Assembly (NCBI GenBank): GCA_963764715.1
Contig: CAVXTP010000001.1
Span: 1-64,000, forward strand
Source of the DNA: an uncultured Acidobacteriota bacterium
Lineage (GTDB): Bacteria; Acidobacteriota; Thermoanaerobaculia; UBA5066; Gp7-AA6
DNA: 64,000 bases
Direction of reading: 5' to 3'
In this document: one piece after another, positions 13,591-23,719 of the stretch
Layout of the letters: the number at the start of each line of letters is the position of its first letter
How positions within the stretch are numbered: position 1 is the stretch's first letter
Notes under the pieces: model-generated
What the model was told of the DNA's origin: nothing
Databases searched by the model: none
What the model saw: the letters and a program-made list of their open reading frames with translations, nothing else
Position numbers and translations under genes: made by a program

Positions 13591-14760
13591 CTAGGTCAGC
13601 GGCAGGCGGCCGGCGAAGCCTTCGTCGTACGAGTGGAAGTGGTTGAGGCCCGCCTCGGGGTACTTCCAGCAGTAGTAGCCGCCGCCCGAGTCGAAGTCGA
13701 CGAGCCAGACGCCCTTGATCTCGAGGCCCATCCCCTGGAGCTCCTCGGCCCAGGCGCGCACGATTTCCTGCCGCGCCTCCTCGAGGTCGCCCGGCAGCTT
13801 CGAGAACTGGGCCACGGCCTCCGAGGTGATCTCCTGGACGCGCGGAAGGAGCTCCCGGGCTTCCTCGAGCGTGAAGATCCGCCGCTCCGAGGCCGGGGCC
13901 GCGCCGTATTCCGAATCCTCCTCGTCGTCGATCTCGCCGGCCTCGCCGCGCAGACGCGCCCGCACCGCCTCGATGAGCCGGGTGATGCCCTCGGCGTCCT
14001 CGCCGGCGGCCACCGCGGCGTATGCCTCGAGCACCGGGAGCGCCTCCTCCGGCCGGCCGCACTTGATCAGCAGGAGCCCGCGCTCGCGGACGATCTCGGG
14101 ATCGTCGGGCTCGAGCGCCTCGGCGCAGGTGAGCACCTCGAGGGCGTCCTCCCAGCGGTCGCGCTGCTCGTAGGAGCGCCGCAGGTTGAGCAGCACGCGC
14201 GCGAGAATCGCGCGGGGCGGGTCCGGCTGCAGGATCTCTGGCCCGACGGCCACCGGCTGCCCGAAGATCGCGGCGAGCCGGCGCGCCAGCCCGCCCGCCT
14301 CGTAGAGCTCGCCGCCGTCGAAGGGGTCGAGGTACATGCCGTCGGGCAGGTCCGGGCCGCCCACGACGAAGTGGCCGGGCAGCCCCACGCCGGTCAGCCG
14401 CAGGCCGGCGAGCCGGCCGACTTCGATCGCGAGGATCGAGAGCGTGATCGGAAGGCCGCGGTGGCGAAAGAGCGCCCGCGCGACCGAGGAGTTGGAAGGC
14501 TGGTCGTAGTCCTCGTCGTCGCCGCGGAAGCCCTCCTCCTCGAAGAGGACCTGGCCGAGCGCCGCGTGGGGCGCCGCGCCGGCGGCGATCTTCTCCTCGA
14601 CGCGTGTCGCGAGGGCCGCGACGGCCTCGCGCGCCGCCCCGACGTCCTCGCCCGGGTCGACGAGCTCGGCGACGAGGAGCGCGCCCTCGAAGAGATCGGG
14701 CTCGGCCGCGTCGGCGAACCGGCGGAATCTCGCCGAGACGGAGTCCCGATCGCCGGGCAC
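13591..14760 (-). CDS. SirB1/transglutaminase-like plus TPR protein fused to a C-terminal DUF2203-like domain
   Basis: GFRGDDEDY, RGLPITLSI, GLPGHFV, DPFDGG, ERGLL; then FTLEEARELLP...GLEIKG..LVDF...YYCWKYPE..L.HFH..DEGFAGR.PL. Confidence 0.8.
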   Translation of the reverse strand: MPGDRDSVSARFRRFADAAEPDLFEGALLVAELVDPGEDVGAAREAVAALATRVEEKIAAGAAPHAALGQVLFEEEGFRGDDEDYDQPSNSSVARALFRHRGLPITLSILAIEVGRLAGLRLTGVGLPGHFVVGGPDLPDGMYLDPFDGGELYEAGGLARRLAAIFGQPVAVGPEILQPDPPRAILARVLLNLRRSYEQRDRWEDALEVLTCAEALEPDDPEIVRERGLLLIKCGRPEEALPVLEAYAAVAAGEDAEGITRLIEAVRARLRGEAGEIDDEEDSEYGAAPASERRIFTLEEARELLPRVQEITSEAVAQFSKLPGDLEEARQEIVRAWAEELQGMGLEIKGVWLVDFDSGGGYYCWKYPEAGLNHFHSYDEGFAGRLPLT

Positions 14761-14765
14761 GCGCC

Positions 14766-15401
14766 CTACCCTTCCCGCCGCGCGATGGCGACGCCGTCGC
14801 GCAGGGGAACGATCGCGGTCTCGAACTCCTGCAGGGCGAAGAGGCGCCGGTTGAACTGCCGGATGCCTTCCGTCGCCGCGTCCTGGACCTTCGGGTCGAC
14901 GACCTTGCCCGACCAGAGCACGTTGTCGGCGACGAGATACCCGCCCCGGCGCACGCGCGGCGCCGCCGCCTGGAGGGCCTTCGGGTAGCCGTCCTTGTCG
15001 ACGTCGATGAAGATGACGTCGTAATACCCCGTCGTCGCCTCGAGCGACGTGACGGCGTCGCCCACGCGAATCGCGACGCGGTCGAGGTAGCCGAGGCGCT
15101 CGAGGTACCCCTTCGCCCGCTCGGCGTTATCGGCGTTCCCGTCGGTGTAGGTGACCTGGCCGCCCTTGCCGACCGCGCGCGCGAAGAAGGCCGTGGAGTA
15201 GCCGATGGCGCTTCCGAGCTCGAAGACACGCTGCGCGCCGATCGAGCGCGCCAGGATCTCCAGCAGCGTCGCGACGGCGGGCCCCACGATCGGCACGTCG
15301 TGCTTCGCGGCGTAGGCCTCCATCTCCGCGATCACGGGGTCGCGCGGCGGCAGCAGGTCGAGTACGTAGCGGTCGAGCTCGGGGGCGATCAATCCGGCCA
15401 T
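14766..15401 (-). CDS. SAM-dependent O-methyltransferase (YrrM/CCoAOMT-like)
   Basis: ELGSAIGYS, DVIFIDVDK, VADNVLWSG, PLRDG. Confidence 0.9.
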   Translation of the reverse strand: MAGLIAPELDRYVLDLLPPRDPVIAEMEAYAAKHDVPIVGPAVATLLEILARSIGAQRVFELGSAIGYSTAFFARAVGKGGQVTYTDGNADNAERAKGYLERLGYLDRVAIRVGDAVTSLEATTGYYDVIFIDVDKDGYPKALQAAAPRVRRGGYLVADNVLWSGKVVDPKVQDAATEGIRQFNRRLFALQEFETAIVPLRDGVAIARREG

Positions 15402-15466
15402 GGGCTGAATCTTATAAGGATCGCAGACATCCGGCAGGCCGGCCCGAACCCTATAATCCCGCGCGC

Positions 15467-16633
15467 ATGGAGAAGCTCGAAAAGCTGCTGGCCGACTTTC
15501 CGACGGAGGAGCAGGCGCTCCTCGTCGCGACGCGGCGCGACCTCCACGTCCATCCCGAGCTCGCCTACGAGGAGACGCGCACCGGGCAGGTCGTCGCGGA
15601 TCGGCTCGCGGCGCTCGGCCTGACGCCGCGGCGCGGGATCGGGCGGACCGGCGTCTTCGCGGACGCGGGGCCGGAGGGACGCCGGCTGCTGCTGCGCGCG
15701 GACATGGACGCCCTGCCCATCGACGAGGAGTCGGGCGAGCCGTACGTCTCGCGGAGCCCGGGGAGCATGCACGCCTGCGGGCACGACGGCCACGTCGCGA
15801 TCGGCCTCGCCGTCGCCGGGCGTCTGGCGCGCCGTCCGGCGGAGCGCGGCCTGCGCTTTCTCTACCAGCCGGCCGAGGAGGGCCGCGGCGGCGCGGACTC
15901 CTGCGTGCGCGACGGAGCGCTCGAGGGCGTCGCGGCGGCCCTCGGCCTCCACCTCTGGAGCCCGCTGCCGGTCGGGAAGATCGGGATCAACCGGGGCGCG
16001 CTGATGGCGGCCGTCGACCAGTTCACGATCGAGGTCCAGGGCCGAGGAGGCCACGGCGCGATGCCCCACGAGGCCGTGGACCCGGTCCTCGCCGCGGCGC
16101 GCATCGTCGAGTCCCTGCAGTCGGTCGTGTCGCGGGAGATCTCGCCCCTCGATTCCGCGGTCGTCACGATCGGGTCGATCCACGGCGGCACCGCCTTCAA
16201 CGTCATCCCCCCGAACGTGACGCTCGCCGGAACCGCCCGCTCCTTCACGCCGGAAACCGGCCGCGCGCTTCCCGAGAAGATCCGCCGCGTCGTCGAGGGC
16301 ACCGCCGCGGCGTGCGGCGTCTCGGCGGCCCTGAAGTACGACCGCACCAACGCCGCAACGGTCAACGACCCGGCAATCGCCGACGTCGTGATCGAAGCGG
16401 CCGCGCGGCTCCTCGGAGAGGAGAACGTCGAGACCGATACACGCACGCTCGCCGGCGAGGACATGTGCGTGTACCTCGAGCGCGTCCCCGGCGCCTTCTT
16501 CTTCGTCGGCTGCGCGCGGGAGGGCGAGCCGCGGCCGCACCACTCGCCCCGCTTCGACCTCGACGAGCGGGCGCTCGCGATCGGGACGCTCGTCCTCGAA
16601 GAGGCCGCCCGGGAGCTCGCGCGACGCATCTGA
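15467..16633 (+). CDS. M20D amidohydrolase
   Basis: HPELAYEE, LRADMDALP, MHACGHDGH, QPAEEG, HHSPRF. Confidence 0.92.
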   Translation: MEKLEKLLADFPTEEQALLVATRRDLHVHPELAYEETRTGQVVADRLAALGLTPRRGIGRTGVFADAGPEGRRLLLRADMDALPIDEESGEPYVSRSPGSMHACGHDGHVAIGLAVAGRLARRPAERGLRFLYQPAEEGRGGADSCVRDGALEGVAAALGLHLWSPLPVGKIGINRGALMAAVDQFTIEVQGRGGHGAMPHEAVDPVLAAARIVESLQSVVSREISPLDSAVVTIGSIHGGTAFNVIPPNVTLAGTARSFTPETGRALPEKIRRVVEGTAAACGVSAALKYDRTNAATVNDPAIADVVIEAAARLLGEENVETDTRTLAGEDMCVYLERVPGAFFFVGCAREGEPRPHHSPRFDLDERALAIGTLVLEEAARELARRI

Positions 16634-16671
16634 CGCCGCGCCGGCCGGCGTCCAAGCCATAATGCCGCGCC

Positions 16672-18066
16672 GTGCCGACGCTTCCCCTCGCGGCCCTCGC
16701 CGTCTACCTCCTGGCCGTCCTCTCGATCGGCTTCGCGTACCGCCGCCGCGCCGGGCGTGACGAGGCGTCCTACTACCTGGCCGACCGCTCGCTCGGCACG
16801 TTCTGGGGATTCACGGGGCTGGCTTCGCTGACGACCGGCGGATCGACGACGATCGCCCTCGCCGCCCTGGTCTACACCCACGGGATCTCGGGCCTCTGGC
16901 TCGACCTCGCCGGGGCCCTCGGCCTCGCCACGCTGGGCCTCTTTCTCGCCCGGCGGGTCCGCCGCGAGGGCGCCGTGACGCTGCCCGAGATCGTCGGCCG
17001 CTACTACGGCGTCGCGGCGAGGCGTGTGGCGGCCCTCCTCGTCCTCGTCTCGGAGATCGTCTGGTTCGCGCTGCTGACGGAGACGACGCAGGTCGTCCTG
17101 ACCGCTGCGCTCGGCCTCTCCCCCGTCCCCGCGATCGTCCTGTCGACCGCCGTCTTCGTGGCCTACACGTCGCTCGGCGGCCAGTTCGCGGTCGTGCGCA
17201 CGGACCTCCTGCAGTACGGCCTGATGCTCGTCGGGATCCCGGGCATCGCCCTCGTCTGCGCGCTCTCGGGGGCGGGCGGGCTCTCGGGGCTTCCGAAGGA
17301 GGTCTGGAGCTTCCCGACCTCGGCCTCCTTTCACTCCGGCGACATCGCGGCGATGCTCGTCCTCATCGGTCTTCCCCACCTCGTCGGCAGCGACGTGTAC
17401 GCGAAGCTCCTCTCCTGCCGCGACGAGGAGACGGCGAGGCGCTCGGCGCTGCTCGCGGCCGGCTCGAAGGTCCTGTTCGGCTTCTCGGTCGCGGCGATCG
17501 CGCTCGCGGCGAGAAAGGCGCTGCCACCAATGGACGCCGCCGGCGCCCTGCCCGCCGCGGTCCTCGGCTTCGCGCCGCCGGCGCTCTCGGCCCTCGTCCT
17601 CGTGGCGCTCGTGGCGACGATGCAGACCTCGGCGGACGTCGTGCTGCTCTCGGCCACGGCCGTCACTGCGCGCGATCTCGCGCCGGCCGTTCTCGGGCGG
17701 ACGCTGCCGCTCTCGGGCGCGCGCCTGCTCGCGCCGGTCTACGGTGCCCTGGGCCTCGCCGTCGCGCTCGCTCTCGACCGCAACGTCCTCGCGACCCTGA
17801 AGCTCGGCTACTCGATCTTCGCCGCGGGCCTGATCCTGCCGGTCCTCGCGGCGTTTCTCCCGGGGCGTCTCCGCATCCCGACGGGCGGGGCCATCGCGGC
17901 CATGGCGGCGGGCGGCGCGATCGCGGCCGCGGGGCGCTTCGCGCCCGCCCTCGCGTTCGGGCGCGATCCGGTGCTCGCCGGCACCGCCGTCAACGCCGCG
18001 GTCCTCGCCGCCGCGTTCCTCGCGGGCCGCCGACGCGGCGCCTCGCCCGCGCCGGCCCGCGCATGA
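16672..18066 (+). CDS. Sodium:solute symporter family protein
   Basis: YYLADRSLG, TLPE, YTSLGG..AVVRTDLLQ; about 13 TM helices. Confidence 0.85.
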   Translation: MPTLPLAALAVYLLAVLSIGFAYRRRAGRDEASYYLADRSLGTFWGFTGLASLTTGGSTTIALAALVYTHGISGLWLDLAGALGLATLGLFLARRVRREGAVTLPEIVGRYYGVAARRVAALLVLVSEIVWFALLTETTQVVLTAALGLSPVPAIVLSTAVFVAYTSLGGQFAVVRTDLLQYGLMLVGIPGIALVCALSGAGGLSGLPKEVWSFPTSASFHSGDIAAMLVLIGLPHLVGSDVYAKLLSCRDEETARRSALLAAGSKVLFGFSVAAIALAARKALPPMDAAGALPAAVLGFAPPALSALVLVALVATMQTSADVVLLSATAVTARDLAPAVLGRTLPLSGARLLAPVYGALGLAVALALDRNVLATLKLGYSIFAAGLILPVLAAFLPGRLRIPTGGAIAAMAAGGAIAAAGRFAPALAFGRDPVLAGTAVNAAVLAAAFLAGRRRGASPAPARA

Positions 18067-19364
18067 AGTGGCGCCTGCGCCCCGAGGCGCATCCCGAGCT
18101 CGTCAAGCCGGCAGGGCCCAACCTCGGCGTCGCCCCGCCCCGCGGGGCCGAGGCGCCGCGCCGCGGGATGTTCGCCTCGCTCGCTCACACCCAGTACCGC
18201 CGCTACTGGACCGGCCTCTTCCTCTCGAACGTCGGGACGTGGATGCAGTCGGTGGCCCAGGGCTGGCTCGTCCTGCGCCTCTCGAACTCGGCGTTCCTGC
18301 TCGGCCTCGTCGGGTTCGTCGGCTCGATCCCGACGCTGCTGCTCGCGCCGCTCGCCGGCGTGGCCGCGGACCGCCTCGACCGGAGACGGCTCCTCCTCGC
18401 CACCCAGGCGACCCAGATGGCCTGCGCGTTCACGCTCGCCGGCGCGGTCTACGGCGGCTTCGTCTCGGTCGGGCTCGTGGCCGGGGTGGCGATCGTCAAC
18501 GGCGTGGCGAACGCGCTGACCACGCCGGCGCACCAGACGCTCTTCCTCGATCTCGTGGGGCCCGAGGACCTGACCAACGCCATCGCGCTCAACTCGATGC
18601 AGTTCAACCTCTCGCGCATCGTCGGCCCGGCGCTCGCCGGCCTCGCCATCGGCGCCCTCGGCGAGGCCGCGTGTTTCGCCCTCAACGGGATCTCGTTCGT
18701 CGCGATCCTCGTGCCCCTCGCGATCCTTCCCGCCATGCCCCCGTCCCGCCGCCGGGCCCGCAGCGCCTGGATCGACCTGCGCGCGGGCCTGCGCTTCGCC
18801 CGGCGGCATCCGCTGATCCCGCAGCTCCTCGTCCTGATCGCCTCGCTCGCCATCTTCGGGACGCCCGCGGTCACGATGGCCCCGCTCTTCGCGAAGAACC
18901 TGCTCGGCGTGGGGCCCGAGGGCCTCGGCGGCATGCTCTCGGCGGTCGGCGTCGGCGCCGTCGCGACCGCCCTGCTCATGGCTTCGGGCGGAGATTTCGG
19001 GCACAAGGGCGCCGGCGTCCTCGCCGCCTCGACCGGGTTTGCGCTCTCGCTCGCGGGCTTCGCGCTGTCCCGCAGCTACGCGCTCTCGCTCGCCTGCCTG
19101 GTCCTGCTCGGCGGCTCGATGACCTCGACGGCCTCGCTCGTCAACACGCTCCTCCAGAAGAGCGCTCCCAGCCGCATGCGGGGCCGCGTGATCTCGCTCT
19201 ACGCCCTGGCCTGGCTGGGTCTCGTCCCGCTCGGCAACCTTCAGGCCGGGATCGTGGCGGAGCGCTTCGGCGCGGCCTCGACGCTCCTCGTCGGCGCCGC
19301 CGGCATCACGCTGACTCTCGTGCTGCTCCGCCTCGTTCGCCCCGTGCCCCTCGAAGCGGCGTAG
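18063..19364 (+). CDS. MFS transporter (DUF894/H+ antiporter-like)
   Basis: SNVGTWMQSVAQGWLV, ADRLDRRR, NAIALNS.QFN.SRIVGPA, MRGRVIS. Confidence 0.9.
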   Translation: MKWRLRPEAHPELVKPAGPNLGVAPPRGAEAPRRGMFASLAHTQYRRYWTGLFLSNVGTWMQSVAQGWLVLRLSNSAFLLGLVGFVGSIPTLLLAPLAGVAADRLDRRRLLLATQATQMACAFTLAGAVYGGFVSVGLVAGVAIVNGVANALTTPAHQTLFLDLVGPEDLTNAIALNSMQFNLSRIVGPALAGLAIGALGEAACFALNGISFVAILVPLAILPAMPPSRRRARSAWIDLRAGLRFARRHPLIPQLLVLIASLAIFGTPAVTMAPLFAKNLLGVGPEGLGGMLSAVGVGAVATALLMASGGDFGHKGAGVLAASTGFALSLAGFALSRSYALSLACLVLLGGSMTSTASLVNTLLQKSAPSRMRGRVISLYALAWLGLVPLGNLQAGIVAERFGAASTLLVGAAGITLTLVLLRLVRPVPLEAA

Positions 19365-19367
19365 CTC

Positions 19368-19406
19368 CCTGCCTCCTGCCTCCTGCCTCCTGCCTCCTGC
19401 CTCCTG
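19368..19406. repeat. Heptamer tandem repeat (CCTGCCT) x5.5
   Basis: Read directly between two convergent stop codons. Confidence 0.9.
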
Positions 19407-19410
19407 AGGC

Positions 19411-20586
19411 TTACGGCTTCCCGCTCACCGGCGCCTCGCCCAGGCACTCGTACGCCGGCTCCTCGGGCGAGCGGATCAGGGCGAAGTCCCACAGGCTCTT
19501 GTCGCCTTCCCACTCGCGGAGAGGCTGGAACACGACGAGGTGCGCCGGGCAGTTGACGCGGTCGAAGTTGACGATCGCGAGCCCCGGCTGCCGTACCGTC
19601 ACCTGGACGTCGCGCGCGTCGGGGTAACGCTTCTTCACGAGCTCGGTGGGGTCGAGCGCCCATGGCGCCTCGGCCACGACTTTCTTCTGGCGCTCCTGGA
19701 GCTTCGCGAGGTCGCTCGCAAAGGTCGACTGGTGGACGAGCCCCCAGTAGGAGAGATCCAGGCCGCCGCCCTGGGACCATTCCGGCTCGAGCGCCTCGGA
19801 CGCGATCCGGAACTTGCGCTCGCCGAAGACGAAGTTGGTCGTCAGCGTGAAGCTCCGGTAGCGGGGCGGCAGCTCCTTGTTGATGAACGTGTCGACGGCG
19901 ATCCGGCGCGTGATGCCCTCCGGGCCGAACTCGACGTCGACCGCCGTGCGCGGCAGCACGACCGAGAAGGTGGTGTCGAAGCGGTCGCGGTCGAGCCGGT
20001 AGAAGTGGGTCTCGGAGAGGCGCGGGTCGCCGGGGTGGATGACCTGGAGAGCGACCTGGGGCCGGTCGTCGAACCGGAAGTCGACGCTGCGGAAGGCGAC
20101 GAGCTCGTCGCACTTGGTCGGGTCGTCGCTCTGCGAGCAGAGGAGCGGAAGGTGCCCTGCGAGCAGGAGCTCCCACTCCGCGCCCTTGCCCTTCTTGAAG
20201 ACGGCGAGGATCGGGTTCTCGAACGGCAGGCGCGTCCGGGAGACGAAGCCGACGGCCGGAATGTCCGGCGGCAGCCCTTTGAACGAGCCGATGCCTTCGA
20301 CGAGCGCCTCGAAGACGCCGTCGCGGTCGAGATCCACCTCCTCGACTCGCGTCAGCTTCGAGAAGGTCACGAAGCGGTTCTCGTACCGCGCGACCCGCGC
20401 GCCCGGGGCCGCGCCCTTGTACTGGCGACCCTCGCGCTCCGGCGGAACGGGCGTCGGGATGGGAGTCGGCGCGACCGTGGGCCGCGGGCGCGGGCGCGGC
20501 GTCTGGGCGGAGGCCGACGCGGGCAGCGACAGCGCCGCCGCCAGGGCGAGCACGCCGGCCAGGGCCGTTCGATTGTGGGGATGCAT
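19411..20586 (-). CDS. Secreted hypothetical protein
   Basis: Signal peptide (ASA cleavage), Pro-rich linker, DLDRDG motif; codon usage looks coding; no family recognised. Confidence 0.75.
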   Translation of the reverse strand: MHPHNRTALAGVLALAAALSLPASASAQTPRPRPRPTVAPTPIPTPVPPEREGRQYKGAAPGARVARYENRFVTFSKLTRVEEVDLDRDGVFEALVEGIGSFKGLPPDIPAVGFVSRTRLPFENPILAVFKKGKGAEWELLLAGHLPLLCSQSDDPTKCDELVAFRSVDFRFDDRPQVALQVIHPGDPRLSETHFYRLDRDRFDTTFSVVLPRTAVDVEFGPEGITRRIAVDTFINKELPPRYRSFTLTTNFVFGERKFRIASEALEPEWSQGGGLDLSYWGLVHQSTFASDLAKLQERQKKVVAEAPWALDPTELVKKRYPDARDVQVTVRQPGLAIVNFDRVNCPAHLVVFQPLREWEGDKSLWDFALIRSPEEPAYECLGEAPVSGKP

Positions 20587-20642
20587 CGGTTTCGCCGATT
20601 TTACAGGACTCGGGCCCCGCTGGTTTAGGCTAGCGGCCGCGC

Positions 20643-21497
20643 ATGCGAGTCTTCGACGTCCACGTCCACGTCCAGCCCTGGGAGCAGATGAAGCCGGGCG
20701 TGCGCGCCCTGATGGCCGGGGGCCGCAAGGACCTTCCGGCGATCCAGGAAGCCCTCTCCGATCCGGCCGCGCTCCTGGCGCTGATGGACCGGGAGGGGGT
20801 CGAGAAGGCCGCCCTGATCAACTACGTGGCCCCCGAGGTGATGGGTTTCACGCCCGAGGCCAACGACTGGATCGCCCGCTACGTGCGCGGCCACGAGGAC
20901 CGCCTGTACGCCGTCGGATCGGTCCACCCGCGGCACACGCGCGACGCCGCGGGCGACACCCGCCGCCTCTTCGAGTCGCTCGGCATCCGGCTCCTCAAGA
21001 TCCATCCGCCGCACCAGCTCTTCGCCGCCAACGCGTACCTCTCGGGCGAGCCGGGCCTCGCCGACGTCTACCGCGTCGCCGAGGAGCTCGGACGCCCGGT
21101 GACGATCCACACCGGCACCTCGATCTTTCCGGGCGCCCGCAACCGGTTCGCCGACCCGATGCCGGTCGACGACGTCGCGGTGGACTTTCCGAAGTTGAAG
21201 ATCCTGCTCGCCCACGCGGGCCGGCCGCTCTCCATGGAGACCGCCATGTTCCTCGTGCGGCGGCACCCCAACGTGCACCTCGACCTCTCGGGCATTCCGC
21301 CGAAGAAGCTCCTCGAGTACCTCCCCCGCCTCGAGGACCTCTCGGACCGTTGCCTCTGGGGGACGGACTACCCGAGCCCCGGGGTCGCCTCGATGCGAAA
21401 GAACGTCGACGACTTCCTGGCGCTCCCGCTCTCCGAGGCGGCAAAAGAACGGATCCTCTGGGGCAACGCCGACCGGGTTTTCGGCCACTCCATATAA
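20643..21497 (+). CDS. Amidohydrolase_2 family metallo-hydrolase
   Basis: DVHVH, KIHP, IHTG, LAHAG, WGTDYP. Confidence 0.88.
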   Translation: MRVFDVHVHVQPWEQMKPGVRALMAGGRKDLPAIQEALSDPAALLALMDREGVEKAALINYVAPEVMGFTPEANDWIARYVRGHEDRLYAVGSVHPRHTRDAAGDTRRLFESLGIRLLKIHPPHQLFAANAYLSGEPGLADVYRVAEELGRPVTIHTGTSIFPGARNRFADPMPVDDVAVDFPKLKILLAHAGRPLSMETAMFLVRRHPNVHLDLSGIPPKKLLEYLPRLEDLSDRCLWGTDYPSPGVASMRKNVDDFLALPLSEAAKERILWGNADRVFGHSI

Positions 21498-21504
21498 TCC
21501 GGCC

Positions 21505-22404
21505 ATGGCCTCCGTCCTCGTCATCGGCGCGGGCACGATGGGCCGCGGGATCGCCGGGGTCTGCGCCCTCGCGGGCCACGACACGCGGGTCTTCGACGCC
21601 GATCCCGACGCCCAGCGCGCCGTGCGCGGGCACGTGGAGTCGACCTGGAGCCGCGCCGTCGACAAGGGCAAGCTGACCGCCGCCGCGGCGGAGAGCGCGC
21701 GGCACCGGCTGCGCATCATCGAGCGGCTCAAGGACGCGACGGAGGTCGACATCGCCATCGAGGCCGTGCCCGAGGCCCTCGACCTGAAGCAGATGCTCTT
21801 CTCGGAGCTCGACGACCTCTGCCCGCCGCGCACGATCCTCGCGTCCAACACGTCCTCGCTCTCGATCACCCGGATCGGAAAGGCCACGGGCCGCCGCGAC
21901 CGCGTCATCGGCATCCACTTCTTCAACCCGGTCGCCGCGATGCCTCTCGTCGAGATCGTCCTGGGCCACGACACCTCCGCCGAGACCGAGACCCGGGCGC
22001 TCGAGCTCGTCCGCTCGCTCGGCAAGGAGGCGGTCCGGGTCCACGACTCGCCGGGCTTCGCCACCTCGCGCCTCGGCGTCGCGCTCGGCCTCGAGGCGAT
22101 GCGGATGGTCGAGGAGGGGATCGCCAGCGCCGCGGACATCGACCGCGCCCTCGAGCTCGGCTACGGCCACCGGATGGGACCGCTCAAGACGACCGACCTC
22201 GTGGGCCTGGACGTGCGCCTCGCGATCGCCGAGACGCTCGCCGCCGAGCTGCCCTCGGACCGGTTCACGCCCCCGGAGATTCTGCGCACCCTCGTGGCCG
22301 AGGGGAAGGTCGGCCGGAAGTCCGGCGAGGGCTTCTACCACTGGGAGGGCGACAAGGCCGTCGGCCCGGGGCCACGGGCGGCCTCGCTCGCGAAGAAGCG
22401 ATGA
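21505..22404 (+). CDS. 3-hydroxyacyl-CoA dehydrogenase family protein
   Basis: GAGTMGRGIA, IEAVPE, ASNTSSL, HFFNP, GRKSGEGFY. Confidence 0.93.
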   Translation: MASVLVIGAGTMGRGIAGVCALAGHDTRVFDADPDAQRAVRGHVESTWSRAVDKGKLTAAAAESARHRLRIIERLKDATEVDIAIEAVPEALDLKQMLFSELDDLCPPRTILASNTSSLSITRIGKATGRRDRVIGIHFFNPVAAMPLVEIVLGHDTSAETETRALELVRSLGKEAVRVHDSPGFATSRLGVALGLEAMRMVEEGIASAADIDRALELGYGHRMGPLKTTDLVGLDVRLAIAETLAAELPSDRFTPPEILRTLVAEGKVGRKSGEGFYHWEGDKAVGPGPRAASLAKKR

Positions 22405-22907
22405 GCGTTCCGGACCGCCGGGGCCTGAACCTCGGGATCGCCCTGATGGCGCTCGGCGTCTTCTTCCTGGTGCGCCGCGAGCTGCACCTGACCGGTCCCG
22501 GGCCGATCCTGCTGCTGATCGGGACGGTGCTCTTCGCGATCTCGGCGCTGCGCAACTTCCGCGGGCCGGTCGTGCCCGCCGGGGTCCTCATCGGCCTGGG
22601 GACGGGATTTCTCCTGCGCGACCCGCTCGAGCCCTGGATGCCTCACTGGGCGACGCTGCTCGCCTTTCTCGGGGGCGGCCTGCTCCTCGCCGCCGCCGTG
22701 GATCGCTACGCGGGCCGGGAGCGGCGGCCGTCGACCCTGACCCCCGGCCTCGTGCTCGTCGCGATCGCGGCGGCGACCGCCTTCTCCCAGAACATCGAGC
22801 TGCCGGAGAACCTGTTCCAGATCGCCTGGAAGCTCTGGCCGTGGGCGCTCGTGGCGGCGGGGGTGATGCTCGTCGTCCAGGGGATGCGCGGGCGCCGGAG
22901 CACGTAG
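22401..22907 (+). CDS. Hypothetical membrane protein (LiaF-TM-like)
   Basis: About 6 hydrophobic helices; LWPWALVAAG; ATGA overlap with the upstream gene. Confidence 0.65.
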   Translation: MSVPDRRGLNLGIALMALGVFFLVRRELHLTGPGPILLLIGTVLFAISALRNFRGPVVPAGVLIGLGTGFLLRDPLEPWMPHWATLLAFLGGGLLLAAAVDRYAGRERRPSTLTPGLVLVAIAAATAFSQNIELPENLFQIAWKLWPWALVAAGVMLVVQGMRGRRST

Positions 22908-23132
22908 GCCGGGCCCTCCGATTCGCGTCGAGGCACGACACGTCGCGGTCTGCGGCGTGCGAGGGCGGGGACGAGCCCCGCCCCTACGACCGGAGCGCGG
23001 CACTCGCAGCGCCGGCTGCATCGTCGGCCCCACGGTCGTCGGGGCGCCCATGTCGCCGCCCTCTGCGTCGCGTCGAGGCACGACACGTCGCGGTCTGCGG
23101 CGTGAGGGGGCGGGGACGAGCCCCGCCCCTAC
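22904..23132. repeat. Two tandem GTAG-type REP doublets sharing a 37-nt spacer
   Basis: Near-identical 65-nt direct repeats at 22923-22987 and 23068-23132, each ending ggggacgagccccgcccctac. Confidence 0.85.
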
Positions 23133-23154
23133 TTTGTTCGACGGCGAGAGGACT

Positions 23155-23718
23155 TCAGTCCAGGTTCAGCACCCGCACGACCTCTTTCGGCTTCTCTGCC
23201 GGCGGCGGCGCGGAGCGGCGGGCGGCGAGCAGGCCCGCGGTCGCCACGAGCACCAGCGCGGCGGCCGCGATCTCGAGCGAGAAGAACCCCGTCGCCAGGC
23301 GGTGGTAGCGGTCGAGGAGGACGCGCGACGGGTCGGCGGCGGGCAGGCTGTCGATCAGCCCCGGCGCCTCCTCGCGGATGCGGTCGATCGGCGGGATCAG
23401 GAGCTGCCGGATGACGAGCGCCGCGAAGAACCCGAGGACCGGCATCCGGGTCAGGAGCGCGCGGGTCGCCTTCGGGGCGTCGCGCCGGGTCAGGAGCCAG
23501 GAGGTCGCGAAGAGCACCGCGAAGCTCGCCTCGGCGAGGACGCACATCTTCGAGAGGATCGGGCTCTGCACGGCCGCCGCGAGGTCGCGGGTCGGCAGGA
23601 CGCGGAAGACCGACGGCGCGACGACCGCCCCGAAGAAGACCGGCGGAGCCAGCGCCAGGGCGAGGGCCGCCAGGTGGACCGTCAGGACGAGCGTGTCGAG
23701 CCGGCCGTCGGTCCTCAC
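23155..23718 (-). CDS. DUF4149/TMEM205-like membrane protein
   Basis: FFGAVVAPSVFRVLP, four TM helices, late YH motif. Confidence 0.7.
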   Translation of the reverse strand: MRTDGRLDTLVLTVHLAALALALAPPVFFGAVVAPSVFRVLPTRDLAAAVQSPILSKMCVLAEASFAVLFATSWLLTRRDAPKATRALLTRMPVLGFFAALVIRQLLIPPIDRIREEAPGLIDSLPAADPSRVLLDRYHRLATGFFSLEIAAAALVLVATAGLLAARRSAPPPAEKPKEVVRVLNLD

Positions 23719-23719
23719 C

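Noticed and set aside
22904-23132. Possible CRISPR mini-array
   Set aside because: Only two 65-nt units with REP-like GTAG/CTAC ends, no regular unique spacers and no cas genes.
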